Assembly (NCBI GenBank): GCA_044892505.1
Contig: CM097883.1
Location: forward strand, 236,654,001-236,718,000
DNA: 64,000 nt
Source of the DNA: Schmidtea nova
Taxonomy: Eukaryota
Reading direction: 5' to 3'
The notes beneath the pieces are model-generated. The model was not told the DNA's origin. It ran no database searches and worked only from the letters and a program-made list of their open reading frames with translations. The translations under genes were made by a program, and so were the position numbers. Shown one piece after another: positions 1 through 12,300 of the stretch; within the stretch, counting starts at the first letter, position 1; every line of letters begins with the position of its first letter.

Positions 1-687
1 ATTTTCTTAAAAATTACTCAAAATTTCATTTTTCATATATTTAATAATAATTAATTAATTTAAAATTTTATTTTTCAATGATTGTATCACCACCATGAGT
101 ATTTTTATTTTTTAAAGAAATTTTTAAGATCTTTTAAGAATAATATTACTTTAATTGATTATTTCTTCATGAAATATCCATAAAAAATATAATTTCTAAA
201 AAATATATATACGTGGTGTGCTCAATAAATCGTGAGACTAATATAGAAATAATAATAGTAAAAAGATTGATACAGACATATTTAAACTTCAACATATATA
301 GGTAAAGAAAATGTATTTTGTTTTAATAATCAATTATTGTTTAGGTATATTTTTGCGAACATTCAAAAAATGCCTCTGGAAACTATTCAATATCGTAGCG
401 TTATTCCCTTTCTCTTTCTGAAAGGAAAAAATAGAGAAGAGGTTCTTTCTGAACTGAAAGCTGTTTACCAACAAGAGTGCCCATCCACAGCAACAATTTA
501 TCGTTGGTTCAATTACTTTTAGAGTGGTAGAACCTCCGTGGTGGGCGAAGAAAGATCTGGAAGACCCTCAAAAAGTGTTGAAAAAATAACGCAAAAGCTG
601 CAGACAATCGTGAAAAACGAGAGAAAAATAATGACGAGAGAGCTCACAGCCCGTCTAAATGTGAGCAAAGGCACTGTGCATACTCTC

Positions 688-3600
688 TAGTGGCCTGCCG
701 AACTTTGATTTGAACTTCGATTCGGACCAAAGTTCAAACACTTCGGAAACTTCGGACTTCGGCAATAGACCCTGTACGATCCAAATAGTGAAATTTTGCT
801 TGAGCGATAATAAATTATTATTGTTCCGTGATTATTTACATTAAAATTAATGGCGACACGCAAACAATGAAAGTAAATAAAATCTTAGTTGTTGTTCATT
901 TTTCTTTACTATCGATTTTCCTTTCTACGGCTATGTCATACGAACAATGACAAGTCTAGCCTAGCCGTGGCTGTGTCGCTGTGTACACAATAGCCGTTCA
1001 TGTTCATGCATCTCTATTCTCTACACTATAGCAGCCCTATACATCAATCTCCGACTACCCTTAGCATAATCTCGATTGATTCGAGCCACGATAATGGGGG
1101 GGCAGGCGCTTGAATAGGCATGGCTTGCGAGGCTGAGGCTACTGTAATACCACAATCAATTACCGATCGCAATCTAATAGGCCTAATAATAATTTTACTC
1201 TGTCCGAAATTTGTTGCTTGGGCACTATTAGACTTGACTACTGTCAAGAGAGAAATACCACATAATCTACACATTTAAATTAATGTTGAGCACATTTAAA
1301 TTTATTATGTCATCTATCGTCTCTGTATGTCGACTCTCCAATCTTATTGCATGCCTGATGGAAGCAGCACAAGATGCCACGCGCGTGTATGCAGTTCAAC
1401 TGAGTGCATATATCAATGTCATGCACGATGATGTTCGTATACCGTACCTATCGACTTTATCGACAATAATACTTATTATAAAATTATATAGAAATAATTG
1501 TGTCATTTTTCTGTCATAAAATTGTGTGTCATAAATGAATGATTTATTCATTAGGTAAAATATTAGACTGAGCAGAACTGCCAGTTGAGCATCCGATTCA
1601 CTTTCCACATCATCACATGCGAAAATCTCCATAGCTCCATACCCCTCCCCAGTGTACATAATATATATAAAAGCCCATCAAATTTGAAATCGAAAATTTT
1701 AAATATATTTCTTCAACAAAATTAATAAATTAGATTTAAATATTAAAAATAAATGAAATTAAATAATGAGAAGATCAGTAGTCTTTGTGTAAAATATAAA
1801 TGAAAATTTCTAAAATAAAAATAAGTGAAAATAAAAGATATTAAAAAAATATTATCAATTAAATTAATTATTAAATATGTATCATCAATACTAGTAAAGA
1901 GTCCATTTTAATTTGAAATTTGCTTTTATGCTATGAGAAGTAAAATTTGGAATTTCTTTGAAATCAACGCTGTGGATGAATCTTTTGCTAACTGTGGGAC
2001 ATGTAGAATGAAAATGAAACGTGGCGGCAAGGATCCAAGATCATACGGAACAACAACATTAATCAACCACCTACGTTCTAAACATCCGGACAAGTACAAA
2101 GAATATTCACAGGCGTGTGATTCTGCAAAGAAACGACAAGCTGAAGAGGAAGAAAATCAACTCAATGCCGCAGCTAAGAAGCCAAAGCTACAAACTCTGG
2201 ATGCATGTATTGAACGTACACGTCCATTTGAATCGGGTCATCCTCGTCAGATCCTCATAACGAAACTAATTGGTGAGATGATAGCCTTGGATAGTCAGCC
2301 ATTTTCGATTGTCAGTGACGAAGGATTCCGACGTGTTCTGCATCAATTGGAGCCCAGATACGTCATTCCAGACGAGACTTATTTCTCAAGAACAATCATA
2401 CCGGACATGTTTGCTGCAGTGAAGTCGAAAGTCAAGAATCTCATCGGAGATGCCAAACTTCTGTGCTTCACGAGTGATGTGTGGACAACCACCAACAGCC
2501 TAAATGGATTCCTCTCTTTGACAGCACACTGGATCGACAACAATTGGGAACGCAAATTTGTGGTGCTGGCACTTCGAGGAATCAATGGACATCACACCGG
2601 TAAGCTGATTGGAGATACCATATTGGAATTGTTGAATGAATGGGACATTGATGCAGGCAGACGTGGAACCTTCGTTCGCGATAACGGGTCAAGCATGGTG
2701 AAGGCCGCTAGTGTTGCAGGCTTATCAGATCTAGGCTGCTACATACACACGATTCAGTTAGTGGTGGGTGCAGGATTAAAGAAGACGCAAAAGGCTGTCA
2801 TTGACGCAGTTGCAGCTTCCCGCAACATTGTAACCCACTTCCGGCATTCATCATTAGCCAATGATCGACTGGAAGAGATTCAAAAATCTTTTCAGCCGGA
2901 TGCTGCCGGCAACCCATATCCCGTCCACCGCCTGATACAAGATGTACAGACAAGGTGGAACTCCACGTTTTATATGTTGGAACGTTTGATCGAACAGAGA
3001 AAAGCAATAGCTCTCTACAGCCAAGACAACGACGTCACCAATCTGACAAACAATCAGTGGAACTTAATCGAAAGGGTCGTGTCGACATTGCGTCCATTTG
3101 AAGAGGAAACGCGGAATGCTAGTTTGTCAACTGCAACAAGCGGAATGATTATTCCAAGTGTGCGTGTACTTCAGGCAGTTTTGACGAGACCAGCAAAGGA
3201 GGGTGTCGACCCTCAGGGTGACGACCTCGGCATTCAAACAATGCGTGCTGAAATGCTTGCGGATCTCAGCCGCAGGTATGCTAACGTTGAAAATAATAAG
3301 TTGTGCGTGTTATCTACTGCTTTGGATCCAGTGTACAAGCTTCGTCTCTTTAACGCGGAAACTGCTGCCACTGCAAAACAATGGCTTCTGGATGCAATGA
3401 ATGCTGTAACGTTGACGGACAACTCGCGTGATGAAGTGCCAGCAGGCCCAACACCTTCCACATCATCTTCATCAGCCACATCTGCTTTGGATAGCTACTA
3501 CGACGACATGCTTGGAGCTACACAATCCAACTCTACAGATTCCGGTAATCTCCAACAACAGCTCGATGCATATTTAACGGAAGCGTGCAACCAACGACAC

Positions 3601-4344
3601 TCGCCTCCAAAAGATCCAATAGAATATTGGAAATCAAGGCAATACACCTATCCTCAACTTGCACTGGTCGCCAAACAATTCTGTGCTTCTCCTCCTTCCA
3701 GCATGGATAGTGAAAGAACCTTCAGTTTGGCTGGTCTTATATGCGATGACCGTCGATCAAACTTAACACCAGCCAAAACTGAGATGCTTCTATTTTTAAT
3801 GAAAAATCTCGATGCGATCCCTTTTGACTACTAATAAACTAATGAATTCTATTAACTCATCAGACAAGATGTATATATTTATATAAACACTTGTATTTTT
3901 TTATTTTTTCGTTTCACGTTACTTTGCTTGTTGCAAACAGATCTATGTTATATAATTTACATCCATGTTTCAAAAGACAACAAAATGAACACTTCTCAAT
4001 ATCTTGTATTATCACCCATTGTATAATTTTTTCAGTTTTATTGATATGATTCATTTTATTAATTATTAATAAAAATAATATCAAAATTATCAATAATGTT
4101 ACATTTTTTAAATAACTGTTGATAATAAAAGGTAGTTATTACAATTTATTATAATTTTGGTTAGCGTTGATTCCTTTCTTGGTATAATATGCGTCTTGAA
4201 TCGCCGTAGGTCATTGCAGTAGGTACAGGTCCTTAAATTATTTTCGCGCACCAGACATTTGATTCGACTTCGGCTTCGGCCAAATAGTAATTTAAAAATT
4301 TGAACTTCGGACTTCGGCAAAAAAGTCACTTCGGCAGGCCATTA
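688..4344 (+). mobile_element. Full-length hAT (ZBED/Ac-like) transposon
   Basis: 15-bp TIRs TAGTGGCCTGCCGAA / TTCGGCAGGCCATTA (14/15). Perfect 8-bp TSD ATACTCTC at 680-687 and 4345-4352. Confidence 0.95.
1933..3834 (+). CDS. hAT transposase, intact, 633 aa
   Basis: BED finger (IWNFF..CGTC..LINHLRSKH), TSDVWT, RDNGSSM, CYIHTIQL, QTRWNSTFYMLERL, C-terminal dimerisation motif (SSMDSERTFS..DRRSNL). Confidence 0.95.
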   Translation: MRSKIWNFFEINAVDESFANCGTCRMKMKRGGKDPRSYGTTTLINHLRSKHPDKYKEYSQACDSAKKRQAEEEENQLNAAAKKPKLQTLDACIERTRPFESGHPRQILITKLIGEMIALDSQPFSIVSDEGFRRVLHQLEPRYVIPDETYFSRTIIPDMFAAVKSKVKNLIGDAKLLCFTSDVWTTTNSLNGFLSLTAHWIDNNWERKFVVLALRGINGHHTGKLIGDTILELLNEWDIDAGRRGTFVRDNGSSMVKAASVAGLSDLGCYIHTIQLVVGAGLKKTQKAVIDAVAASRNIVTHFRHSSLANDRLEEIQKSFQPDAAGNPYPVHRLIQDVQTRWNSTFYMLERLIEQRKAIALYSQDNDVTNLTNNQWNLIERVVSTLRPFEEETRNASLSTATSGMIIPSVRVLQAVLTRPAKEGVDPQGDDLGIQTMRAEMLADLSRRYANVENNKLCVLSTALDPVYKLRLFNAETAATAKQWLLDAMNAVTLTDNSRDEVPAGPTPSTSSSSATSALDSYYDDMLGATQSNSTDSGNLQQQLDAYLTEACNQRHSPPKDPIEYWKSRQYTYPQLALVAKQFCASPPSSMDSERTFSLAGLICDDRRSNLTPAKTEMLLFLMKNLDAIPFDY

Positions 4345-5129
4345 ATACTCTCATCACTGAAAGTGGTATTCGAAAACTATGTTCCCGTTTTGTGCCACGT
4401 TTCTTAACGGTGGAAATGCGACAACGACGCTTGGAATGCTGCTTGGAGAATCTGCAGATCAGGACCAATGTTGGAGACCGTTTCATTGATAATATCATCA
4501 CTGTGGACGAGACACCGTTGTCCCTTTACGTCCCCAAATCTATAAGAGTGTCTCAAGAATGGAAACTGCCAGGAGAAAGCAGCTCACTGAAAATGCGGTC
4601 CTCAACTTGATACCGAAAGGCTCTCATGCTGACGGTGTTTTGGGACGCCAATGGCATTATTCTGACTGACTTTGCTGAATCCGGCGTGAAGATCAATAGT
4701 TCTTACTACTCCAACATCGTGCAGCAAGCAAGGAAGGCACGATAATGCTCCCATTCACACCAGCAGCGTTTCCATGGCCAAAATTGAGCGTTGCGAGCTC
4801 AATTTGCTTCCCCATCCACCATACAGCCCTGATTTGGCTCCCTCCGATTTTTTCCTGTTTAACCATTTTAAGAAGCATCTGCGGGGCCAGGTATTTGCCA
4901 ACAAACATGATTTGAGAGCAGCCGTGGAGAGTTTTCTGGGAAAAAAGCCTCCAGAATTCTTCAAAAACGCCTTCGAAAACCTCGTTATTCAGTGGGAAAA
5001 TTGTGTCAGTGCAGAAGGAAATTATTTTGAGAAATGATGCCTATTTACCATGCTTGTTCTAAATACAAAGTTTTGTGTTGATATCTTAAGTCTTTCTATT
5101 TTAGTCTCACGACTTATTGGGCGCAAAAA

Positions 5130-5830
5130 AATTATATTCTCAACCCTCCCTTGCGCTGTGTCTTCACTTCCCCTACTTATGGGTTCTCCATTAGCCCCGA
5201 CAATGGCTTCCATTTTTAAAAAACTGTGTACAAAACTGTGTATAACCAACTTTGTACAAAGTTATGTGGATGATTTTTTTGGTTTTTAAGAGTCGTAAAC
5301 ATGTAAGACCTTTTTGAATTACATGAAAAGTTTACATCCGCACATTAAATTCGAAAAGTAACAAAATTTATCTAATCACAATAAGCCAAAATATGTGTTA
5401 GTATTGCCTTATTCTGAGGGCTTTAGAGAATTTAAGCATGAGATATTCAAACATGTAGACAAGGATCAATTTAGGATTGTTTCCATGTCTTGTAAAATTA
5501 GCAGTATATTTTTTAATAAATTTTGTACGCCATTTGGTTTGTGTTCTGAACTCGCGTATCAATTTTCATGAAATGGGTGTAATGCCACATACATAGGAGA
5601 AACTGACCGTCATCTCTGCAACCTAGTTCTTCAACACTGCGGACTGAATGGATTGAATAATATTAGTGATCAATTTAGGAAATGTGTAAATAAAAAAATA
5701 TGTATATCTGATTTTAAGATTATTGCAAAAAGTTTGAGTAATTATTGGGAATGAGTAACTTGTGAGGCATTGTTGATATAGTATTTAAATCCAAAATTAA
5801 TGCTCAAGTGGCTCATTCCACCGATATTTT
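5130..5830 (+). pseudogene. Penelope-like retroelement fragment (RT C-terminus + GIY-YIG)
   Basis: LMGSPLAP, YVDD, LHPHIKF, LVLPY, and CNATYIGETDRHL, broken by frameshifts and stops. Confidence 0.7.
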
Positions 5831-6226
5831 GAATGTGTTTAAGTAATTGAGTGTTTCATGTTCTGAATTGTGTTTTTGTATAAATAATTTTGAGAATTGT
5901 TTTAATTTTTTAATTTTTGTGTTTTAAAAAAAGATTTTTGTTTTCAATTTTGATAAAAAGATAAAAAAATTGTTTTTTAAAAATAATATTTTTTTAATAA
6001 AATTAATTTAAAATTTTAAGATTGAAGAATTTTTCTNNNNNNNNNNNNNNNNNNNNNNNNNNNNNNNNNNNNNNNNNNNNNNNNNNNNNNNNNNNNNNNN
6101 NNNNNNNNNNNNNNNNNNNNNNNNNNNNNNNNNNNNNNNNNNNNNNNNNNNNNNNNNNNNNNNNNNNNNNNNNNNNNNNNNNNNNNNNNNNNNNNNNNNN
6201 NNNNNNNNNNNNNNNNNNNNNNNNNN

Positions 6227-6332
6227 CTATGACAAAAACCCAACCATCTTCGAACCTGTTAAGTTCAATATTGTCAAAGGGCAGAGTAAAAAATTTGTTT
6301 TGGTTTTAGATACTTCCGGAAGCATGGCATCT
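6227..6332 (+). CDS. CLCA: CLCA-like exon (5' end in gap): ..[20 protein letters not shown]
   Basis: MIDAS DxSxS motif; donor GT at 6333, phase 0. Confidence 0.8.
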
Positions 6333-9300
6333 GTAATTTATATTAATTTACATTTATGATTATTATTTATAATTAAATTAATGAAAATAGAATGATAATT
6401 AAAAATAATTTTTTGAATTTTCAGATTATAGATAATATGAAATTGGCTACCGTGGCTTTCTTGGAAGCCCTTGGGGATTCAACATATGTTGGAATTGTTA
6501 AATTTGACTCGAATGCAATTATTCTCTCTTATTTATTGCAAATTGGAACAAATAGGGCAACTTTGATTAAAATTATTAATGGTTTGTTTGCGAATGGGGG
6601 CACAAATATTCCTGATGGTTTGGCAAAAGGTGTTCAGGTAAGATGAATATTTTATGTTTTATTAAAATAACATCAAGTGAAACATTTAATTTCAATATCT
6701 TGATGACATGAAATTTTCATAAAAGAATATTGCTAGGGTTTAATACAACAAGCTCAAATACAAAAATGAAAAGAACAAAAACTTGATAAAAATCAATAAA
6801 AATATAAACATTTAAAAAAATAATAATTAAACCACGAAAATTAATTAAAATTTGGAAAATTTAAAAATATAGATTAAGCAAGGGAAATTGGTATGGGTGT
6901 ATGCTAAATAGTGAGACGAATACAAAAAAAGTAAAATAAAATTAAGGGGGCATCCCTTGAAGAACGAATTAAAAAATTGATAAAAATTATTAAGAGTTAA
7001 TTAGCTAATGGAAAACCTGAGCTAATGGCAAACCAAAACCAATTTAGATTTTGAGTAGAGTGGGAAGCCCGGATGTTCAGCGAGACAGTTTAATTATCCC
7101 AAGGAAAATTAATTTTAAACAGAAACCCGAAAACTAAATTGATGGAAAGGTAATTACCAATTTTATTATTTGTAATGAATTAGATTGGGAAGTCGTCAAT
7201 TTGAGAGACACCCACTAGAGTCTAGTGGGTGTCTCTCAAATTGACGACTTCCCAATCTAATTCATTACAAATAATAAAATTGTTTGTTGAACCCAGCCGA
7301 GTCACCGGTAGAAAATGCTGCCTTGGAACAGCTGGGGTAAATGCTATTTTGTTTTGAATGTATGTATACTTGTGTGCTTGTGTATTTATTAAGTGCTGAT
7401 ACAATATAACAAATAAATGATATAAATATACAACTTTTATTAAAAATGAACAAAGTGAAACAAGTACTCACTGATTCAATGTCACGGATTTAGATGATAG
7501 ATTTCGATTTTCTATTTTCTTATTGAATTTTCGTTTTGGTTTGTAAATTTTTCCTTTCTTTATTCTTACAGATTATTTTTTTCTTTTGATATTTAGTATT
7601 TCTTGATACAAAACTTTTTATTGTCCTTAGTTTTTCAATTCTCTAATCCAATTTCGTGTTGGCAATTCTTATTGTTTTTGGCAATTTGTTTTTTAATCCA
7701 TTTGCTTTATTGATTTATTTTTTGAATTTTTTGCATTTTAATTTTAATTCCTATTTCTTTGGATCAAATTATTTTAGTTTGCTGACAAGCATCGAACATA
7801 GGGGGGACTATCCGGTGTCCGCAAGGACGTCCGNNNNNNNNNNNNNNNNNNNNNNNNNNNNNNNNNNNNNNNNNNNNNNNNNNNNNNNNNNNNNNNNNNN
7901 NNNNNNNNNNNNNNNNNNNNNNNNNNNNNNNNNNNNNNNNNNNNNNNNNNNNNNNNNNNNNNNNNNNNNNNNNNNNNNNNNNNNNNNNNNNNNNNNNNNN
8001 NNNNNNNNNNNNNNNNNNNNNNNNNNNNNNNNNNNNNNNNNNNNNNNNNNNNNNNNNNNNNNNNNNNNNNNNNNNNNNNNNNNNNNNNNNNNNNNNNNNN
8101 NNNNNNNNNNNNNNNNNNNNNNNNNNNNNNNNNNNNNNNNNNNNNNNNNNNNNNNNNNNNNNNNNNNNNNNNNNNNNNNNNNNNNNNNNNNNNNNNNNNN
8201 NNNNNNNNNNNNNNNNNNNNNNNNNNNNNNNNNNNNNNNNNNNNNNNNNNNNNNNNNNNNNNNNNNNNNNTAATTTTCTATAGTTTTAGACGGCGACACA
8301 TTATTTAATATGTTTCAATGTCAGAATATAATAATATTATTGGGTATTAAATAGTAAACTATTCGTTTGTTTTTAAGTTCAAGTTTGCGCGGTGGTGTGA
8401 TCTACAAGTCATTATTACAAAAATACGGTGGTAAGATTGAGTGTCATATTTTATTTCATTTTTAAAGTAGGTATTTTGTAAAAGTTACTTTATTAGTGCA
8501 ATGTTTTTCTCAAATATGATATTCATGTTTAGTATTCTAAAAATGAAACGCTAAGGTTTAAAATTTTCTTTTCAGATGCCACTTCATGAGATCCGTGCAT
8601 AGAATCATGAAGAAAACAGGAAGAGAGTATGCCTTATTTGCTTCAACAAATCAAACTGTAATATCACAGATGTCCTGTTGATACTACTGCATCCTGTACA
8701 GTTGTTTGCTGTAATGATGTTGTCGGACTGATAGACCTAGTCTGTGAGAAGAGAAATTTGGATAAAGAAAATGTTTCCATCAAGATTGAAATTGATACAG
8801 GTGGAGATTTTTTAAAATTCTGTCTAAACATTAGCTATGCTGAAACCATCGAAAAAACCATCACTAATCCGTCAAAGAAACTTATTGAAAAAGCCATGCT
8901 CGATACAAGCGTGAAGAAGCTCATTATCATCGCAATAGCTTATAAGGTTAAAGAAACATATGAGAATGTTCGTTACATTCTACAACTCTTAAAAATTGAT
9001 CAAATAGACTTTCAGTATGTTTACGCGGTGGATCTGAAAATGGCAAACATATTATGAGGACTGCAATCACATTCTAGTGCGTATCCTTGTATGTTTTGCG
9101 AATGTCCAAAGAAAGAATTTTCAAATAACAAGAAAATCAATAACAATTGGAAACTGAGAACGATTGGTGAAATCAAAAAGCAAGCTCAGGATTATGAGAA
9201 CAAGAGAAGAGTATACAACCCTAAAGCATCTGCTAAAGATTTCAAAAGCTGTGTGCACACTCCTATGATTCAAGGCGAGGATAAACAAATGCTGATTGAA

Positions 9301-12300
9301 ATTATTCCTCCGCCGCAGCTTCATTTACTGCTGCGCGTTACAAACAAAATGTTTCATAAACTGCAGTCATCATTTCCTAAAGTAGCTGAACTGTGGCTCC
9401 AACAAATTAGTCTCGTACAACCTCAGCTTCATGGCGGCGAGTTTACAGGTAACATGTGTCATCGACTTCTACATCATGCACCTACTCTCCACACCATTGG
9501 TAAGAAATCTGAAATCATTAAGTTTGCAACAGCCTTTGCAGCATTTAACAGTGTTATTAGTGACTGTTTTGGTCAGGTGCTACATGCTGGTTTTGAAGAG
9601 TCTATAAAAAAATTTGAGACAGCTTATATGGATACGGGCATGTCAATAACAACAGCAGTACACATTGCTTGTGTTCACTTGATTCAATTTTATAAACTGA
9701 AGAACTCCACCCTCGGCCGTTTCAATGAACAAGCATTGGAGGCAGTACATACAGATTTTAATGGCATGTGGATATCAGCTGGCAAAGTTAGTGAAAATCA
9801 TGTCCATTTCAATAAGCACCTTTTGGACACTATTATTCGCTACAATTCTCGACACTTGTAACTGCTATGCTACCATTACATTATAATTACCTTCCTGTCC
9901 ATCTCCATCTTTACCCCCTTGTGTTTAACGAACTGTGCATCTGACAAGTCAACAATAAAGTGTACATATTACATGGATGGCTCATGTCATTGTTCTTATG
10001 TTTTCATGTGAAAAAATGTGCGTACGGTTTAAATAGTTTTGCTTCAATCTCATTTTACAGATTTTTGTCAATTGCTCGTAATAGCTCAATCAGGATTTTG
10101 TAGATATACTGTTTCAACATCTGTACCTAAAGTACTATTAAAAAACACAATTCATTTAGGGGTCGGTTTTTTAAAGTTTAGATGGCCCTTCCGGTACAAT
10201 GTGCGTAGCTTTTATTTTTGGCAACCCAATTGCGCTTGACATCGTTGCAATTGAGTGCCGTTTTTATATTTTTAATACTATTTATCTGGTGGTTCTTTGA
10301 TGTAATCCTAAACTGCGGGACTTTATAAATCTTATTGTTATTGTAAGAGTCATAATAATTTGAATGTTGTAGTCCCGCAGTATCTAATCTAATTCCTTTT
10401 GCTTTTAAGCATTCTTCGTCACCTAATAAACTGTAACACTTGGCCGAAGAAAAACCCACTCTTCATATTTAAAGCCCTTATTTTCATCCTTAAACTTACC
10501 TTTCACAGAATCAAGACTACGAGAAAATAAGGGATGGCTCGGGTCATAGTTTGATGTATCTAAGAGTTAATCCCTAATCATAGCATGCAAAAGAACGGAA
10601 AACTTACAGTTGACAATCTCAAGAAAAACGGAGTCTGTGTCACCTGCTACAATATTTATCTTACAATCGAATTCCTTACTATATTTCTCTAATTCTATAT
10701 ATTGTAGCTCATACATTCTAAGTTTAGATAAGTCTAAAACCGTTTGTCCTATATAACTAGGCCTATCTAAACTCACAGACTCCTTTCTCAAAAGCATGGA
10801 AATGAGATTATTATGAATTTTAGATGATTTTCGAAAATAAGGACTACTGCTATATGTTATTAATTTACGGGCTGTATTGCATAATCGTAGGTTTATGCGT
10901 TTCTTTAGCTTTCAACAGTCTTCCCGTAAAGACTGTTGTTTAACAATTTATAAAAATCTTTATCTAGCTTCGTTATGGAAGAAGCTCCCAAAGCAGTATT
11001 CGTGTCCACGTATTTTTTAAATAGCTTACTCTAGTGAAATTTAATAGCCCTATGAATTTTGTCACTAAAACTCCCAATTTCAAGAACATCTGTAAAAGCC
11101 GCCAATGAAGCACATAATTTTTCTTAGGTAAATGTGTCAAAAGCAACTTTTCCACTTTTGAACCATGTGCACACATCTTTTCAGCGGCTACTGGTAAATC
11201 ATCCAGTAAGTCGTGAATTGATGCCGGTATTTCTAAATCAACTTCTATGGTATAACCATAGTTAAGCTGAAATAAATCTACCGTTGTGCATTCCGACAAG
11301 ATATTTTCAAGTAATTGGTCATGCGTGACCCAAACAAAGTTCCCGTCCGGTAAGTTTTATGAAAGAGCCCAGCCATATAGATTATTAATATCTATGTACA
11401 GCAGCTCTGTACCTGAGCTCGTTTGCACATGATGTTTATTAACGAAAGTGAGGCCGCCTCTGATTCCACCTTCAAAAAAGTTGTACATCTCCATATCGGT
11501 CAAAAGCTCGATAGAAGATTCTAACGTCATTAAAGCAGAACACCAACTCATACCAGGTATGCCTAAAAAATTCAAAGGCTCAAGTTTGTTATGAGCTATA
11601 CTTTTTGTACGAAATTGTTGAAAATAATCAGCCAACAGAAATATGTCAAGTTTCATGTAAACCATCATATAATCAAATAATGAGTTACAAGAATTTTCTC
11701 TCCATATTTCTTTTGCCTTTTCATAATCAACAATATCGACACCTTCCCAAATTGGTGGCAATTCAAGAGTCGACCTCAATACATCTAAAGAAGTGGCAAC
11801 GTCGTAGGGAAAAATCCCCTTACTATTTATCATGTTTCCAGTAAATTCAGAAGAAGTCAGAGGAAAAGATGAAAACGTTTTCACTAAAGAATCTAAAGAC
11901 TGACTAGCGAATTGATAAAAGTCAATGAACTTAACTGTGAGTGATCCGATTCTCGCAAAAAAACTGAGAAACTTTTCACTGGTGACAGTAACACAGCTAA
12001 TGTTCCAAGACTCATATTTTGAAAGGCCGAATTTGATGATATGATGTAAATCATAACCTCTTAAATTGTGAAATACTATAGGCAAAGTGTGTCAATTTGC
12101 CGAGAGATGTTACATTTTTTGCACGCTGCTCCAAGATAAGCACCTGTAAAGTAATCATGATCTTTAACAGGATTTTCTAATACTTTTTCACACAAGTAGC
12201 AGTGTGTTGCATTTGAAAAATTTTGAAAGTCATGATAAGTTAAAATAATAATTTTGTTGGAATTTTTATAATAATAGGGTGTTACAATTTTGCGACTGAT

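Larger units (their letters stand above)
212..5125 (+). mobile_element. Mariner DNA transposon (pseudogenised), interrupted by a hAT element
   Basis: TA then TIR cgtggtgtgctcaataaatcgtgagacta at 212; inverted partner tagtctcacgacttattgggcgca at 5102-5125. Transposase pieces: HTH (337-687), TVDETP (~4500), [12 protein letters not shown] (4774-5037). In-frame stops and an internal deletion. Confidence 0.9.

Noticed and set aside
299-347. Intron-like 5' segments in both mariners (also ~31795-31872)
   Set aside because: They lie upstream of the ATG, so there is no reading-frame test.
1044-3479. Small ORFs in and antisense to the hAT element; also 63338-63742 and 32011-32715
   Set aside because: Mostly antisense or alternate-frame shadows of real ORFs; none has recognisable motifs.
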